A stretch of DNA of 39,164 nucleotides from assembly GCA_900617105.1 (NCBI GenBank), contig UYFQ01000703.1:1-39164 (forward strand), in the 5' to 3' direction. This DNA is from Hydrurus foetidus (lineage: Eukaryota). The position numbers and the translations under genes were made by a program. Positions 1-12,200 of the stretch are shown in pieces. A model generated the notes under the pieces. The model was not told where the DNA came from, ran no database searches, and worked only from the letters and a program-made list of their open reading frames with translations. The number at the start of each line of letters is the position of its first letter. Position 1 is the first letter of the stretch.

Positions 1-9
1 GTTCTACTC

Positions 10-2948
10 ATGCAACTGGCGAGATGTCGAGCACGAGAAAGCACTGGTAACTACGTAGAGGAGAATCTGAAGTCGTTTACGAAACGAGAGATTGAGCAGG
101 CGAGACGAGCCCGTGAGCTGTTAGCTAGGATGGGCTTTCCAACGGTGGAACAGGTGATGTCAATCGTGAACAGTGGGAGCAACTTCGACATCACAGCGAG
201 AGACTTTCAGGTCGTTGATGCGACCGCTGATACTACAGTCAGCACGAAGCTAGTTCAGAGGGATCAGGTGCTGTCAATCGACATTATGTTTATCGACAAA
301 CTAGCGATACTAGTTGGGGTATCTACACCACTAGGACTAACTGTTGCATATAGCCTAAACACAGCAGATCTAAAGAAGCCAGCGAGGACAGCAGCCCAAG
401 TAAAGATCGGGATCAGCCACTTCATCGCAGTCCTGGCTGCGCAGAACTTTCGGACATCCGTGATCATGAGCGACGGAGAGGGGGCTGTCAAGAGCCTCGT
501 AGATGAGCTGGGGAAGCTTGGAGTGGAAGTTGACGTAAGTGGAGCCGGCGGCCACGTCGCCAGAATTGAAAGGAAAATCCGAATCATTAGAGAACGGGTG
601 CGATGTCATGTAGCGTACTACCTTCCGTTCACACTGTCGACAGTGGGTATCGCCATGCTCGCACTGTACTGTATATCCAGACTGAACAACAAACCGACCG
701 GATTACGGGAATGGGGCCCGAGCCCACGCGAAGAATACATTGGAAGGAAGACTGATGGGAAGAGAGATTTCAGATGCTCTTTCGGTGACTACATGCAGTG
801 TACCGTTCCTAACACCGATTCAGGATTCAAGAGCCGAACGGAGGATTGTGTTGTCATACTCCCGCTTGGGAACCGTACAGAGTCGGTTAGGATGCTATCT
901 CTGAGCACTGGGCGACTAGTGAACAGGGATCAGTTTAGAGTGCTACCGATGCCGGATTTGGTCATAAAGAGACTGAATTGAAGGATAAGGGTGACCTGTA
1001 CGCACGGCCAACATCGTACGAATAGTACGGGGACGCTGCGAAGGGTCTACCAGACACGATAGAGCTGATCGTGAACAACGGCGTAGATCCGTCGATAGAA
1101 CCACCTGTAGGTGGAGACGACCACGAGCTGATCAACGTAGACGGGTATGACGGTGAGCTGCATCAGGCCGGAGGGGGCGAACCCGAAGCGCAACAGTATG
1201 ACAGCGGTGGAGTATCGAATGAGCCGGACCCGAATGATGACATCGAGCCATATGAAGAGGACATACCAGATGTGCGAACAGACGAGCATGATAACGACAT
1301 GGACGATCTGGTCGACAGTATGAATAGGATGCGAGCGGGACCGCGAGACCCCATCGGAGATCCCGAGGGGGGATTGGACGAGAGGGGTGTACAGGAGAGC
1401 TATACTTCGGCCGGCGAGATACGGGACGAGTATAGCGACGCCAGAGATTCAGTGAGACGAGCTACGGAACTGCTGGCCGCACCAATACCTCGCTGTAGCG
1501 TAAGTAGACACGAGGTAATGATCTTTTTCAGGAACGGTAGCGGGACCGCACTGCTAACACGCAACTATGATGGTGATGGTACAAACTGGGGGGACTACGT
1601 ACCGAACATATCGGTGAACGAGGCGCTGAGAACGAGGGGCGATATAGCACTGAGTGTGATAGAGAATGAGCTTAAGCAAATGATCGACAAGAAGGTGTGG
1701 GGACCAGTCGATGTGAGCAAACTATCAGTAGAGGAGAAGCATCGCATCATCAGGTCCAGCATGTTCCTAAAGGAGAAATTCCTGGCCAGTGGAGAGTTTG
1801 AGAAGCTGAAGGCACAGCTGGTCGCAGGAGGGAATCAGCAGGACCGCGACCTATACGACGACCTATCTGCACCATATACGGTAGCGACGACCTATACGGT
1901 AGCGACAAGCTCGGTGTTCACGCTACTCAGCATAGCGGCACACAAGAATTGGACGATCACAGTGATCGACATCAGTGGGGCATTCCTTAACGCGGATATG
2001 GACACGGGACTGGCGGTGCACATGAGGTTGGACAGGAACATGTCGAGCACAATGATCAAACTAGCACTCCACTACGCGCGATACACAGATCATAAGGGAC
2101 GCATCGTGGTGAGACTGGACAAGGCACTATACGGGTGTGTGGAATCAGCCGCATTGTGGTACGAGAACCTGAGGGCAAGCCTGTCCGATCTGGGATACTC
2201 ACCCAATGCTCACGACATGTGTGTGTTTAACAAGCACGACGAGTATGGGGTGCAATGCACCATCGCAGTGCACGTAGATGATCTGATGATCACTAGTGCA
2301 AATGGTAAAATGATTGAGTCAGTGTCAGCTGGTCTAATAAAAAGATGGTCCTATTGTAAATTATCTCGGTATGGTGTTCGATCTTACTACTACAGGTGTA
2401 GCGCGCGTGTCGATGACCGGATATGTGGAGGACATGCTGAGGGAAAGCGGAACGATAGGGGGTGCGAGGACCCCGGCAACGGCGAGTTTGTTCGACGTGA
2501 GGGACGACAGTGACATGGCGACTGAGGAGCAGCGAGTCAAGTTCCACAGGCTAGTGGCGAAGATGCTCTACTTGGCGAAGCGTGCGAGGCATTATTTGTT
2601 GCATTATCTGACTCCACTAACCAAGCACTTCACCTGAGACACTTCATCATAGGACAAGGAAATGCGCGTGGGCCGGCGACAGTGTACCAGGATAACATGT
2701 CGTGCATGTCGCTCATCGAGAGAGGGCAGTCAGCGGCGGAGCGCACACGCCATATCGCCATCAGATACTTCTGGCTGAAAGAGCGGGTGGGCCAAGGGGA
2801 AGCGAGAGTGAGACACCTCGGGACGAGAGAGATGTATGCGAACCTTCTGACGAAGCCGGGAGAAGGGTGCACAATTCAAGTGCGAGAGACAAGGGCTTAC
2901 GGGCTGGGACACGACAACAGTAGTTTAGATTATTATAACAACATATGA
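10..2948 (+). pseudogene. copia pol remnant (integrase core, RT, truncated RNase H)
   Basis: Integrase motifs SIDIMF/SDGEG/IERKIR (10-981). RT motifs KLKAQLVAGG, IDISGAFLNA, LDKALYG, VHVDD (1071-2340). RNase H tail YQDN..ERTRHIAIRYF..ANLLTKP (2682-2860). Stop at 979-981, frameshift near 2345, RNase H deletion near 2590, short duplicated YTVAT. Confidence 0.9.
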
Positions 2949-2990
2949 TTAATGCGTGAATAGTAATGATTGTGATGTGGCATAGGGGTG

Positions 2991-3329
2991 TGTTGGAGAT
3001 ATCGAAGTTTATGACACGGACACAATCTGTGTACTTATTACTTATGCATTCGTACGGACGTACGGATTAATGTGTGTGTGTGTGTGTGCGTACATGCGTG
3101 TCGACGATGAATGGACCCGTGCATCGTCTCTGTACTTCAAGCGTAGAGTAGGAATGACTTTTGTTGTTGCGTTGAAAGGGACTCAGGGACTTCAGCAGGG
3201 ATGAAGCACAGTCAATTAACAAGTGTTTACTGCTTATACACAGCTTATTCCACGAGTCTTGACCGAGCGATCTTCAACCACTGTACAACGAGAGACATAC
3301 ATGTGACCCAAACCAAAGATCCGTCAACA
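2991..3329 (+). repeat. 3' LTR of family D element
   Basis: Begins TGTTGG directly after the PPT-position sequence and ends TCAACA (inverted termini). There is no partner LTR in the window, so the right end is inferred. Confidence 0.65.
3071..3088. repeat. (TG)9 microsatellite inside the LTR
   Basis: Direct reading. Confidence 0.9.
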
Positions 3330-3387
3330 ATAGGCAGTGTTCGCGTATTCGCCACAGGGTACATACGGTATTATACATACTTCATAG

Positions 3388-3705
3388 TGTTGGAGTATCC
3401 GGAGAAAAGACACTGCTGTAGTTGTATAGTATATGTGTGGATCCTGACGGTCAGCGGTGTGCATCCTGGGGATGTGGACTCTGGACCGTTGGTTGTATGG
3501 GCTCATGGAGCCATCCATTCATCTATCTTCAACATGGATAGAACATGTGCAATTGCCTTGATATGTAAAGCTTCGTTGCCGTCTTGATTGATGCCGGTGC
3601 ACAAGTTTAATTATCAAGTAATTACACAGTACAAGTCTATTTTACGAGCCTTGGGTCACCGGCAGCAAGTTTCACTAAGCATCCGGACTTTGAGAAAGCC
3701 CAACA
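3388..3705 (+). repeat. 5' LTR of A1 (318 bp)
   Basis: TGTTGGAG...CCCAACA; near-identical to 8661-8936/16799-16840 and to the A2 LTRs in reverse orientation. Confidence 0.95.
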
Positions 3706-3715
3706 TAATTAAACT
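3706..3715 (+). promoter_or_regulatory. PBS-position sequence TAATTAAACT, complementary to the element's own LTR (3604-3613)
   Basis: Abuts the LTR-terminal CA, lacks TGG, and is the reverse complement of AGTTTAATTA in the LTR. Confidence 0.75.
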
Positions 3716-3730
3716 AGGCAGCGCATCGAG

Positions 3731-6700
3731 ATGCCGCCGAAGAAACAAGAAGAACCAAAATCAGGTGCAGAGCAGTCCATGCTGAAATTTGGGCGTTACA
3801 ACAACGTGGTTCAGTGGAGGGAAGATATGCAGAACGAGGCATGCGGCCTCTACGGGATGACGGGCACGTTCTTCACCACCAACAAGAGTTACGTCCATCC
3901 GTATCCTCGCGAGGAGGACTACAACCCCACCTTTCTAACGGTGGAAATCGATACCCCGACAGCGGGTACCGAAAACGAAGACGAGGAAGACGAGTCCGTA
4001 GACTTCGAAAATGTCATGATCGGGCCACAGCCTCCTCCAGAGCCCCTGTCGTGTACTCCGAGGCACTTATCGACAGGCTGAGAGCCAATGCGTTCGAGGG
4101 ACGCCGCAAGGCAGTCGAGACTCAAAAAGTCGACGAGCAAAAGCTCTTCCCACTCATGTGGTCGAGAATGTCGACGGGGTCCAAATCCAAGGTGCGCGAG
4201 GAACCAGGATTCGAAGCGGCCCGTCTCAGACTCGACAGTGTGAAACTGTGGGAGTACATTCCTAGGAGCCACTTAACTCACATCTACGGAGAAGATGATT
4301 CAATGAGAGCAATGAACGTTCACGAGCAAACGATTAGGTACAACTACCTCAGACAAGGTGAACGTGAAATAATAGGCGATTTCAAGACACGCTTCGACAA
4401 TCAGGTATTAGCCAACAGAGGTGTTGGCATGACTGAAGTAGAAGAACCGATTAGAGCAATCGACTTCCTCAGTAAGTTAGACCCGAAAAGGTATACCGGT
4501 ATGTTGACACTGATGCGTAACAACGCTGTACAAAACCTACCGAATAGTTTCCCTTCCACCTTAGCCGGAGCCTACAGGGTAGCGTCATCCTGGACCAGCT
4601 CGGGCGGTGGACCCCCTCGGAGCCGAGCAACATTCTGCATTCCTCACTGACTCTTTGATAGGCACAAAGGAAAAAGTCGCGGGAAAAGGATCGAAGGGGA
4701 AGACAGCGGGGACGAAGAAGAAAGTATCGTCAGTGATATGTTTCGTATCCGGAAAGACGGGTCATTTCGCAAGAGATTGTGAGCAACGCAAAGATGGAGA
4801 GCACGCTCTACTCACCAGCGTTGAAGAAGATATTGAGGAGGACGACGAGAGCATAGAAGCAGCCTTCGTCGTGACAGACGAAGTCGTCCTCTTCACTCGC
4901 AATCACGTGCTTCTAAACAACCTAGCTTCGGTTAACATCTTTTGCAACCCAAGCCTTCTCACGGATATCAGGAAATCGCAACACTCGATCCTGCTCAATG
5001 GAGTACAGTCCGAAGCGCATGGTGTCAGAGTCGATCAAGAAGGAGACTTTGGCGAGATTGGACCTGTATACTTCAGTCGTGGGGCAACTGCCAACATGCT
5101 TTCCTTCGCCGCGATGGCAGACAGTGGTGCAGACATCAGTTACGACCATGAGACTGGATGCTTCATGCTACGACCAGCAGGCAGCACGACCAAGTACAGC
5201 TTCAGCAGGCAAGACTTGCCAGGTTCGACAGGCAGATTCTATGTGTGGGACGCAAGCGGGATGGAAGAACAGACACATCGACCTGCAGAGCAGGCGATGG
5301 TGACGACAGTTCAAGACAATATGGCGAGGTTCACTAAACGCGAGATAGGATCAGCAGCAGCCGCCAGAGAGCTGCTAGCTCGGATGGGTTACCCACCGGT
5401 CGAGATGGCGATAGCGATGATCAGGGGAGGCAACAACTTCAACGTATCGGAAGCGGACTTCAGGAATGCGCACTCCATCTGGGGTAAATGTCTCGCCAGC
5501 CTCAGAGGCAAAACTCATAAGAAGTCTTCACCTGTGGCGGACATCTCGCTGACACCTGCACCAGCGCAGCAGCAACAACTATTGAGCGTAGACATTATAT
5601 ATCTGGAGACTACAGCAATACTTATCGCGGTTTCCACCCCTCTGGATATGACACTCGCTGTCAGCCTAATTCGACTTGATACCGAGAAGACCTCGCGAGC
5701 AGCAGCAGTTGTGAAGCCGGCCCTATGTGAGATGATATCCATACTAAAATCCAGGAATTTCATTGTGCAAGTCGTCATGTCTGACGGGGAGGGTGCCATC
5801 GGCAAAATGAGGCTTGATCTGCTAGCACTAGGAATTGAGGTAGATGTCAGTGCAGCTGGCGGACATGTAGCCAGAATCGAACGGCAGATTCAGATGGTGA
5901 AGGAGCGAGCACGTGCTCACCTCTGCGGTAGGCTCCCATTTACCCCAACTGAACTCTGTCTAACCTATCTAGCACTCTACTGCGTCTCTCGCATCAACTG
6001 CCAACAGTCAGGATCAAGGCCAGGGGGTCTTTCGCCAAGGGAATTATTCTCCGGACGGCGGGTTGACGGGAACCTGGACTTCCGTGCCGCCTTTGGAGAC
6101 TACGCCGTTTGTACCGTACCAAATACCAACAACACTATGCAATCGCGAACTGAAGATTGCATTGTCATGCTGCCTACACACAGTAGGACCGGGTCGTTCA
6201 AGATGCTGTCACTGGCAACCGGCAAGATCGTAACTCGCGACCAATTCAAGATACTGCCGATGCCGCAGTCGGTCATCGTGACACTGAATGCCATGGCACT
6301 TAAAGAAGGGAAGAAAATCATTCAAACTCAATTGCATGTGTTTGATGAACTGCTATTCGCAAACAGTCTCGATAAGTCTAAAATGCCACATTTCATTACC
6401 AACCCCCCCACTCAGGATGCACCTGTCGACGCCGGATTAGTAGACCAATCCACTCTCACTGACCTACAATCAGCCGACAGCATTTACGAGATTCCACGTT
6501 CCGATGTGGGGGGGGAGGTACCAGTTTCATTTGAAGCAACAGCATTATCGCCACGAGACGAAATCGGAAGTGAGGAACCCGATACAATCGGGGTGCAAGT
6601 TCGCGACGTACTTACACCACCCTCACCAGTACCATCACTCGAACCAGACGACTGCCCAGTCGACACACCTGAACCTGACAGCGCGGCTCTCCCACAGCAA

Positions 6701-8519
6701 CCAGCACACACGGTGCAACCGACTGTGAGAGAGCAACGAAGAACACCCGCACCGACAGAACGTATGGTGACACGGTCAGTTTGTACGAGCGAGGACGCGT
6801 TCGTGACGACGGTTGGGGGTACCACCCATAGACCAGCATATACAGGACCTGGAACACACGATGTAGAGGAAGTGATAAAGCGACATAGGGAGGAAATGAG
6901 CAAGAGCAGCACAGCCAACATCAGTGTTAAAGAGGCCTTTCGCACTAGGGGGGATGAGGCTAAGAAAGTCATCGTGTCAGAGCTAAGACAGATGATAGAC
7001 AAGAGGGTATGGGTGCCGGTGATGGGAGGCAAGCTGTCTGCGATGCAGAGAGCAGCGACCATCAGATCGTCCATGTTCCTGAAGCAGAAGAACAACCCAG
7101 ACGGAAGCTTCCTCAAGCTCAAGGCTAGACTGGTTGCAGGGGGCGACCAACAAGACAAGAGCCTGTACGAGGACTTATCTTCCCCAACCGTGTCCACCAG
7201 TGCTGAATTCACACTACTAGCGATTGCAGCACATGAAAGGCGTCGAGTCGCAGTTGTTGACATCAGAGGGGCGTATCTTAACGCGGACATGTCATCGGGA
7301 GTGCCGGTGCATATGCGCCTCGATCGCACCATGACAGACATCATTATCGACATCGACCCATCATACGGTAAGTACACGGATGCGAAAGGGGGCATGACCG
7401 TGCATCTAAAGAAGGCGCTATACGGGTGTGTCGAGAGCGCCGGATTGTGGTATGAGAATTTGCACGTCACAATGCGGGGTCTGGGGTACATACAGAATAT
7501 TCAACCGGAAGGGTCCAGATGGGCATCAGTGTACTGCTGCAGTACACGTAGATGTTCTACTCATTACGAGTAAGAGCAAAGACACTATGCTCCACCTAGT
7601 CGATGGACTACGAAAGAGGTACGGAGCAATCACCTTATCGCATGGTCCTGTCATAAATTATCTCGGTATGGCAATCGACATGCATGTACCAGGACAGGCG
7701 ATGATCACCACCACAGGATACTGTGACGAGATAGTCAAGGTATCAGGGGTGAAGGGTGTGGCACGGACACCAGCAACAGAAGGACTATTCGAGACAAGGG
7801 AGAGTGCCACAGGTGTGACAAAGCCAGTGCGAGTCTGGTTTCACAAAGTGGTCGCGATGGTGCTCTACCTAGCCAAGCGTACCAAGCCGGAGTGTCTAGT
7901 GGCGGTGGCCTTCCTTGCGACACGTGTGAATAAGTGCACCTCAGATGATGTTGACAAGTTACAGCGATTGGTGCGGTACGTACATGCGACGAGGGACAGC
8001 GGCGTAGTGCTGAGGCCAGGTGCAGGGGGGATCTCAGTGAGGCTATTTGTGGACGCATCCTACGGTGTACACAGTGATGGAAGGTCCCACACGGGCAGCT
8101 GCGTTGTGATTGGAGACATCGGGGCCGTTCACTGTCGATCTTCGAAGCAGACGATAGTCACCAAGTCAAGCACAGAGGCGGAGCTGGTGGGGCTGTCCGA
8201 CTCAGCTAATCAAGGCATATTCATCCGTATTTTTCTTATTGCACAGGGTTACAAAATGGAGCCGGTGACCATCTACCAGGACAACCAGTCGTGCATGGCC
8301 CTGGTGGAGCGTGGCAGATCAGGGGCGGAGCGCACACGCCACATCCAGATCCGTTACTTCTGGGTGAAAGAGCGGGTGGTGACCGGCGAGGTGCGTGTGG
8401 AGTACTTACGCAGCGAGGACATGTACGCGAACGTACTGACCAAGCCGCTCCAAGGATGCCAGTTCCAAAGAGAGAGAGATGGGCTCACGGGGTGGTCCAC
8501 AGAGAACGGGAAGAATTAA
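3731..8519 (+). pseudogene. copia gag-pol of A1 (frameshifted)
   Basis: Gag from ATG 3731; zinc knuckle remnant CFVSGKTGHFARDC; protease-like VLLNNLAS; IN SVDII/SDGEG/IERQI; RT KARLVAGG, KKALYG, VHVDV (A2 has VHVDD); RNase H VDASY, SSTEAE, ANVLTKP. Frameshifts near 4045, near 4610 and near 7500 (17-bp deletion relative to A2). Confidence 0.93.
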
Positions 8520-8660
8520 GGGTGCCGGCGACAAGGACAGCTCACCGTCAAACGATATTTAGTTAGACATTACTGCTTGCAAATCAATTCACATTTATTT
8601 TATTGCTGACATGAAATCCATTGCGTGCCGGGTGCTCAACTACTGCGTGACTGTTGGGTG

Positions 8661-8936
8661 TGTTGGAGTATCCGGAGAAAAGACACTGCTGTAGTTGTAT
8701 AGTATATGTGTGGATCCTGACGGTCAGCGGTGTGCATCCTGGGGATGTGGACTGTGGACCGTTGGTTGTATGGGCTCGTGGAGCCATCCATTCATCTATC
8801 TTCAACATGGATAGAACATGTGCAATTGCCTTGATATGTAAAGCTTCGTTGCCGTCTTGATTGATGCCGGTGCACAAGTTTAATTATCAAGTAATTACAC
8901 AGTACAAGTCTATTTTTCGAGCCTTGGGTCACCGGT
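8661..8936 (+). repeat. 3' LTR of A1, left part
   Basis: Matches 3388-3663 and breaks at CCGGT, the TSD of element B. Confidence 0.95.
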
Positions 8937-9227
8937 TGTCATTGCATTGTCATTTCAAACACAAACACACAACACAATGCTCACCGAACGACCGAGCGGT
9001 CCCAACGGCACGATGACGATCCGATCTTTCCACGTTGAAGCAGTTCAGAAGAGAACTGGTCGCGACCAGTTCTCCAACAGCTACACATTGTCCATTTCAA
9101 TTGCATTCATTCCACTCAATTCACCTCATCGTTTCCATTCCACAATCACAATCTTTCACTCGGTAAACTTAAAAACCAATTCTGTTTCTACCGTTTTCCG
9201 TTTCTGGATTACCGCCGAATCCCGACA
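8937..9227 (+). repeat. 5' LTR of B (291 bp)
   Basis: Direct repeat of the split 3' LTR; about 2 substitutions seen. Confidence 0.95.
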
Positions 9228-9240
9228 ATTGGTTTTTAAG
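9228..9240 (+). promoter_or_regulatory. PBS-position sequence ATTGGTTTTTAAG, complementary to the element's own LTR (9168-9180)
   Basis: Abuts the LTR end and is the exact reverse complement of CTTAAAAACCAAT. Confidence 0.75.
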
Positions 9241-9242
9241 CA

Positions 9243-12200
9243 ATGCTCTCCACATCCACAGCCGCTGCCACTTCCACTGCTCAACATCCAATGCTGGACC
9301 TCCACTCAGACAACTGGTCGCAGTGGCATCAAGCCTTGAAGCTCCTCTGCTTCACCAAATTTGGTGTCGCTGGGCAGCAAATCCTCTCCGACACCACCAT
9401 CCCGCTCCAACCATTTCCGATCGAGCCAACAAAGGCCGACCTCGAGGCCGACCTCACAGGAGCTCCCACTCCAGGTCTCTTCACTTATCAGCGCCGACAA
9501 GCCACCGACGCCGAAGCCGCTCAACCCAACTTCGATCCCGCCACTCTTCCCCTCAGCACCCTCGGCAATACCAACTTTAGAGATGACAAAAAGATCTTCT
9601 CGGCAGCACAGCGTCGGTTCTCCGACGAGGACACAGACTGCCTCGACCATCTCTACCGACATATTTCCTTGGCCTCCCATACCGCAGTCAAAACCCACCC
9701 CAACTACCCTACCTACCAACTTCAACCCATCGGCTCTCGGAGCTATCCCTTCTATGTCATGGTCCGCGACATTCACTCCATCGGGAATGCCGCCACCAAA
9801 CTCCATCGCACCCGCCTTTATGTCAATGTCTCACAATCCGACTTGCCACATGAATCCTACATTGAACTAATAACCACTATGACTGAAACATTCAAGCTCG
9901 ACTTCGAGTCCGCGGTTCACCCGGCCTTTGTATCTATACCTGAATTAACTAGCTTCCTTTACCTCGCAGGACTCAACCGCAACGAGTTCCGCCGCGCCCT
10001 TGATGAGCTCCTCCACAACCATCCAACTGGACGGTTCCCAGATCCCACAGCTCTTATGTCCCAACTCGCATTTCTTCGCATTTCCACCTCCTTCGACTTC
10101 CATCTTTTCCTTCATTCCTCGGCTCGTCCATCCTTCCTGTCCACTATTCCATTTCCTTCCACCACTCCACCCCTCCCTGCCTCCACCATTTCCAGAACAC
10201 CTCCACTGCCACCTCATCAGAGCCACCATCGAGTCTCCACTCCTCGGACTCCGCCTGACTACCAGCCACCATCGCCCCCCTTGCACTTTTCTCCCGTCCA
10301 CTCGCCCTCGCTTCCTCCAGTACACCAACCTCCTCCACCCACCATCCAGTCTCCACCCATGATCCCCTCCCTCCTTCCTCCATCCATCCAGTCACCCTCC
10401 ACCCGGCCGCCCTCCCCCCACCACCACTATGAACTCTGCCTACTTTTCTCCACACTACCCGTTAACCTCTTCAGCCTGGGCCAAACAACGCTTTCATATG
10501 GACCTGACCCCCTTCGCCCCCTTAGTCACGTCACTATCCGCTCCTCCCCCTCAGGACCCCTCTTAGCCCACGCCGCCCTATCCACCCACAACCTCCTGCC
10601 TGTAGACTTCGCCGCCCTCCTCCACGCTTCGTCAATCAACCCTCTCTCATACTATCACCCCGTTGCAATGGCCGCGCATTCCCTCGTACCCCACACTACC
10701 GCAGAGCAGCCTACCCCCTACCCCTCATGCATGCTGTACCCCATATCAACTCTGAGCAGCGCTCTCGCGCTGATGCTGCTGAAGACCTCCACATTGAACT
10801 TTGCCACCCCTCCGATCGCAGCCTCTGTGTCAACCTCTCCACCGGCAAGCTCCCTTTCAGCACCTTAACCTGCTCCGATGTCACCCTTAACCGCCAACTC
10901 CGCGGCCCTTGCCCCCACTGCACCGCTGGTAAACACCGCAGTCCCTCCCATCCCCCCTCCACTAGCGCCCCCGCCACCTCACTTGGAGCCGTCCTCAGCT
11001 TCGACCCCAGCTCCTCCCAGAGCCCTCCCCAGGCCTACACACCCATGAAATCATCATAGTCGACGAGTTCACTGGCCACCTCTCCATCGTTGGTGCCTCA
11101 TCCAAATCCACTCCGGCTGTCTTCAAAGCCCTACACCACATTATCGCCACCACGTACAATGCACATCACCATCGCGTTCACACCCTTCACGGCGACTGTG
11201 AGAAGATCAACACTTCCCTCGCTGCACCACTTGGATCCCTCGGAATCTCCCTTCAGCTTTCCCCCTGAGAACACGCCGCACGCGTCTTCCACCACCTTCC
11301 CTACAACTACATTCCTCTCCATTCCTCCATCCTTCATTCCCCTCCCTTCACCACTATTTTCCACCACACCCTTCATTCTTTCCACCAAACTTGATCCACG
11401 ACCATCCATTTCCACAAAATTCCTGATCTTCCTTCATCCACTCTTCCTTCTTGCAAACGGTGCAATCGTGCCCCCCCGTCCAACCGCCCCCTTCCCCCAT
11501 CACTTCGTTCCCTTCAACTGGAGTCCAAAACCATTCGTTCCCAACGTTCCCTTCCCCCCTCAACCCATTCCCCCATCCATGGCCATCCTGTTTGTTGTGT
11601 CCCATCCTTCATCCGCCCCTCCGTCCGACCTCCTCCTTCCCTGGTCCACCATTCCACCGTCCACCCCCCCGTTCCTCCGGGCCACCCTCCCCCCCTTCCC
11701 ATCCCCTCCTTCCTCTGTCCATTCCCAACCCTTCCGACCCCCAGCCCTCGTCCCCGTCCCCGTCCCCGCAGCCCCCATCCCAGCCCCCTCGCCGAACCAC
11801 AACTCCGCTTCAACCAACTACAATCCCATCCCCACTCCCTCCGCACCCACGTCACCCCCCTGACACCACTGCGTCGCTCATCCCGTGCCACACATCCCAC
11901 CAACTTCTGGCGAGGCTGTTATTCTCTACCCTCGACACCGGTCCCACCTCCTTTACTCCCTCCCTCCGCGTACATCAACGCTGCCCAACGTAAACTCGAC
12001 AACGCTAAACTCGCCGCAGCCCGCAATCGCCAGCACCGTATAGACAATCCTCCAACAATTCCCCTCAACAATCGACACACGCTCCTTGAACCCCAACCGC
12101 TTACCCCCCAACGTGCTGAAATGTCCATTCGTAAAGCCTCGCAGCCCCTACCTGCCTCCGACATTGCTGCAGGAATAGCAAAAAAACTGGGAAAACATTT

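Larger units (their letters stand above)
1..3329 (+). mobile_element. Ty1/copia LTR retrotransposon, family D (5' part outside the window; degenerate)
   Basis: Integrase, RT and RNase H remnants in copia order, then CATAGGGGTG (2981-2990) and an LTR-like TGTTGG...TCAACA segment. The protein is clearly related to family A. Confidence 0.85.

Noticed and set aside
3201..3587. ORFs in LTRs (also 8654-8860, 8947-9339, 27582-27887, 33666-33872)
   Set aside because: They recur only because the LTRs repeat, and most cross element boundaries.
6484..7491. Long antisense ORF (335 aa) and its counterpart at 18328-19155
   Set aside because: Shadow frames of pol with no motifs; the A2 version is interrupted by a stop.
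9230..9240. TGG-initiated canonical tRNA PBS for element B
   Set aside because: It would need a tRNA ending in AAAAACCA, and the self-complementary match also covers the preceding AT. Not formally excluded without a tRNA search.
10050..11950. Proline-rich 'extensin-like' ORFs
   Set aside because: Products of C-rich, frameshifted retroelement sequence.
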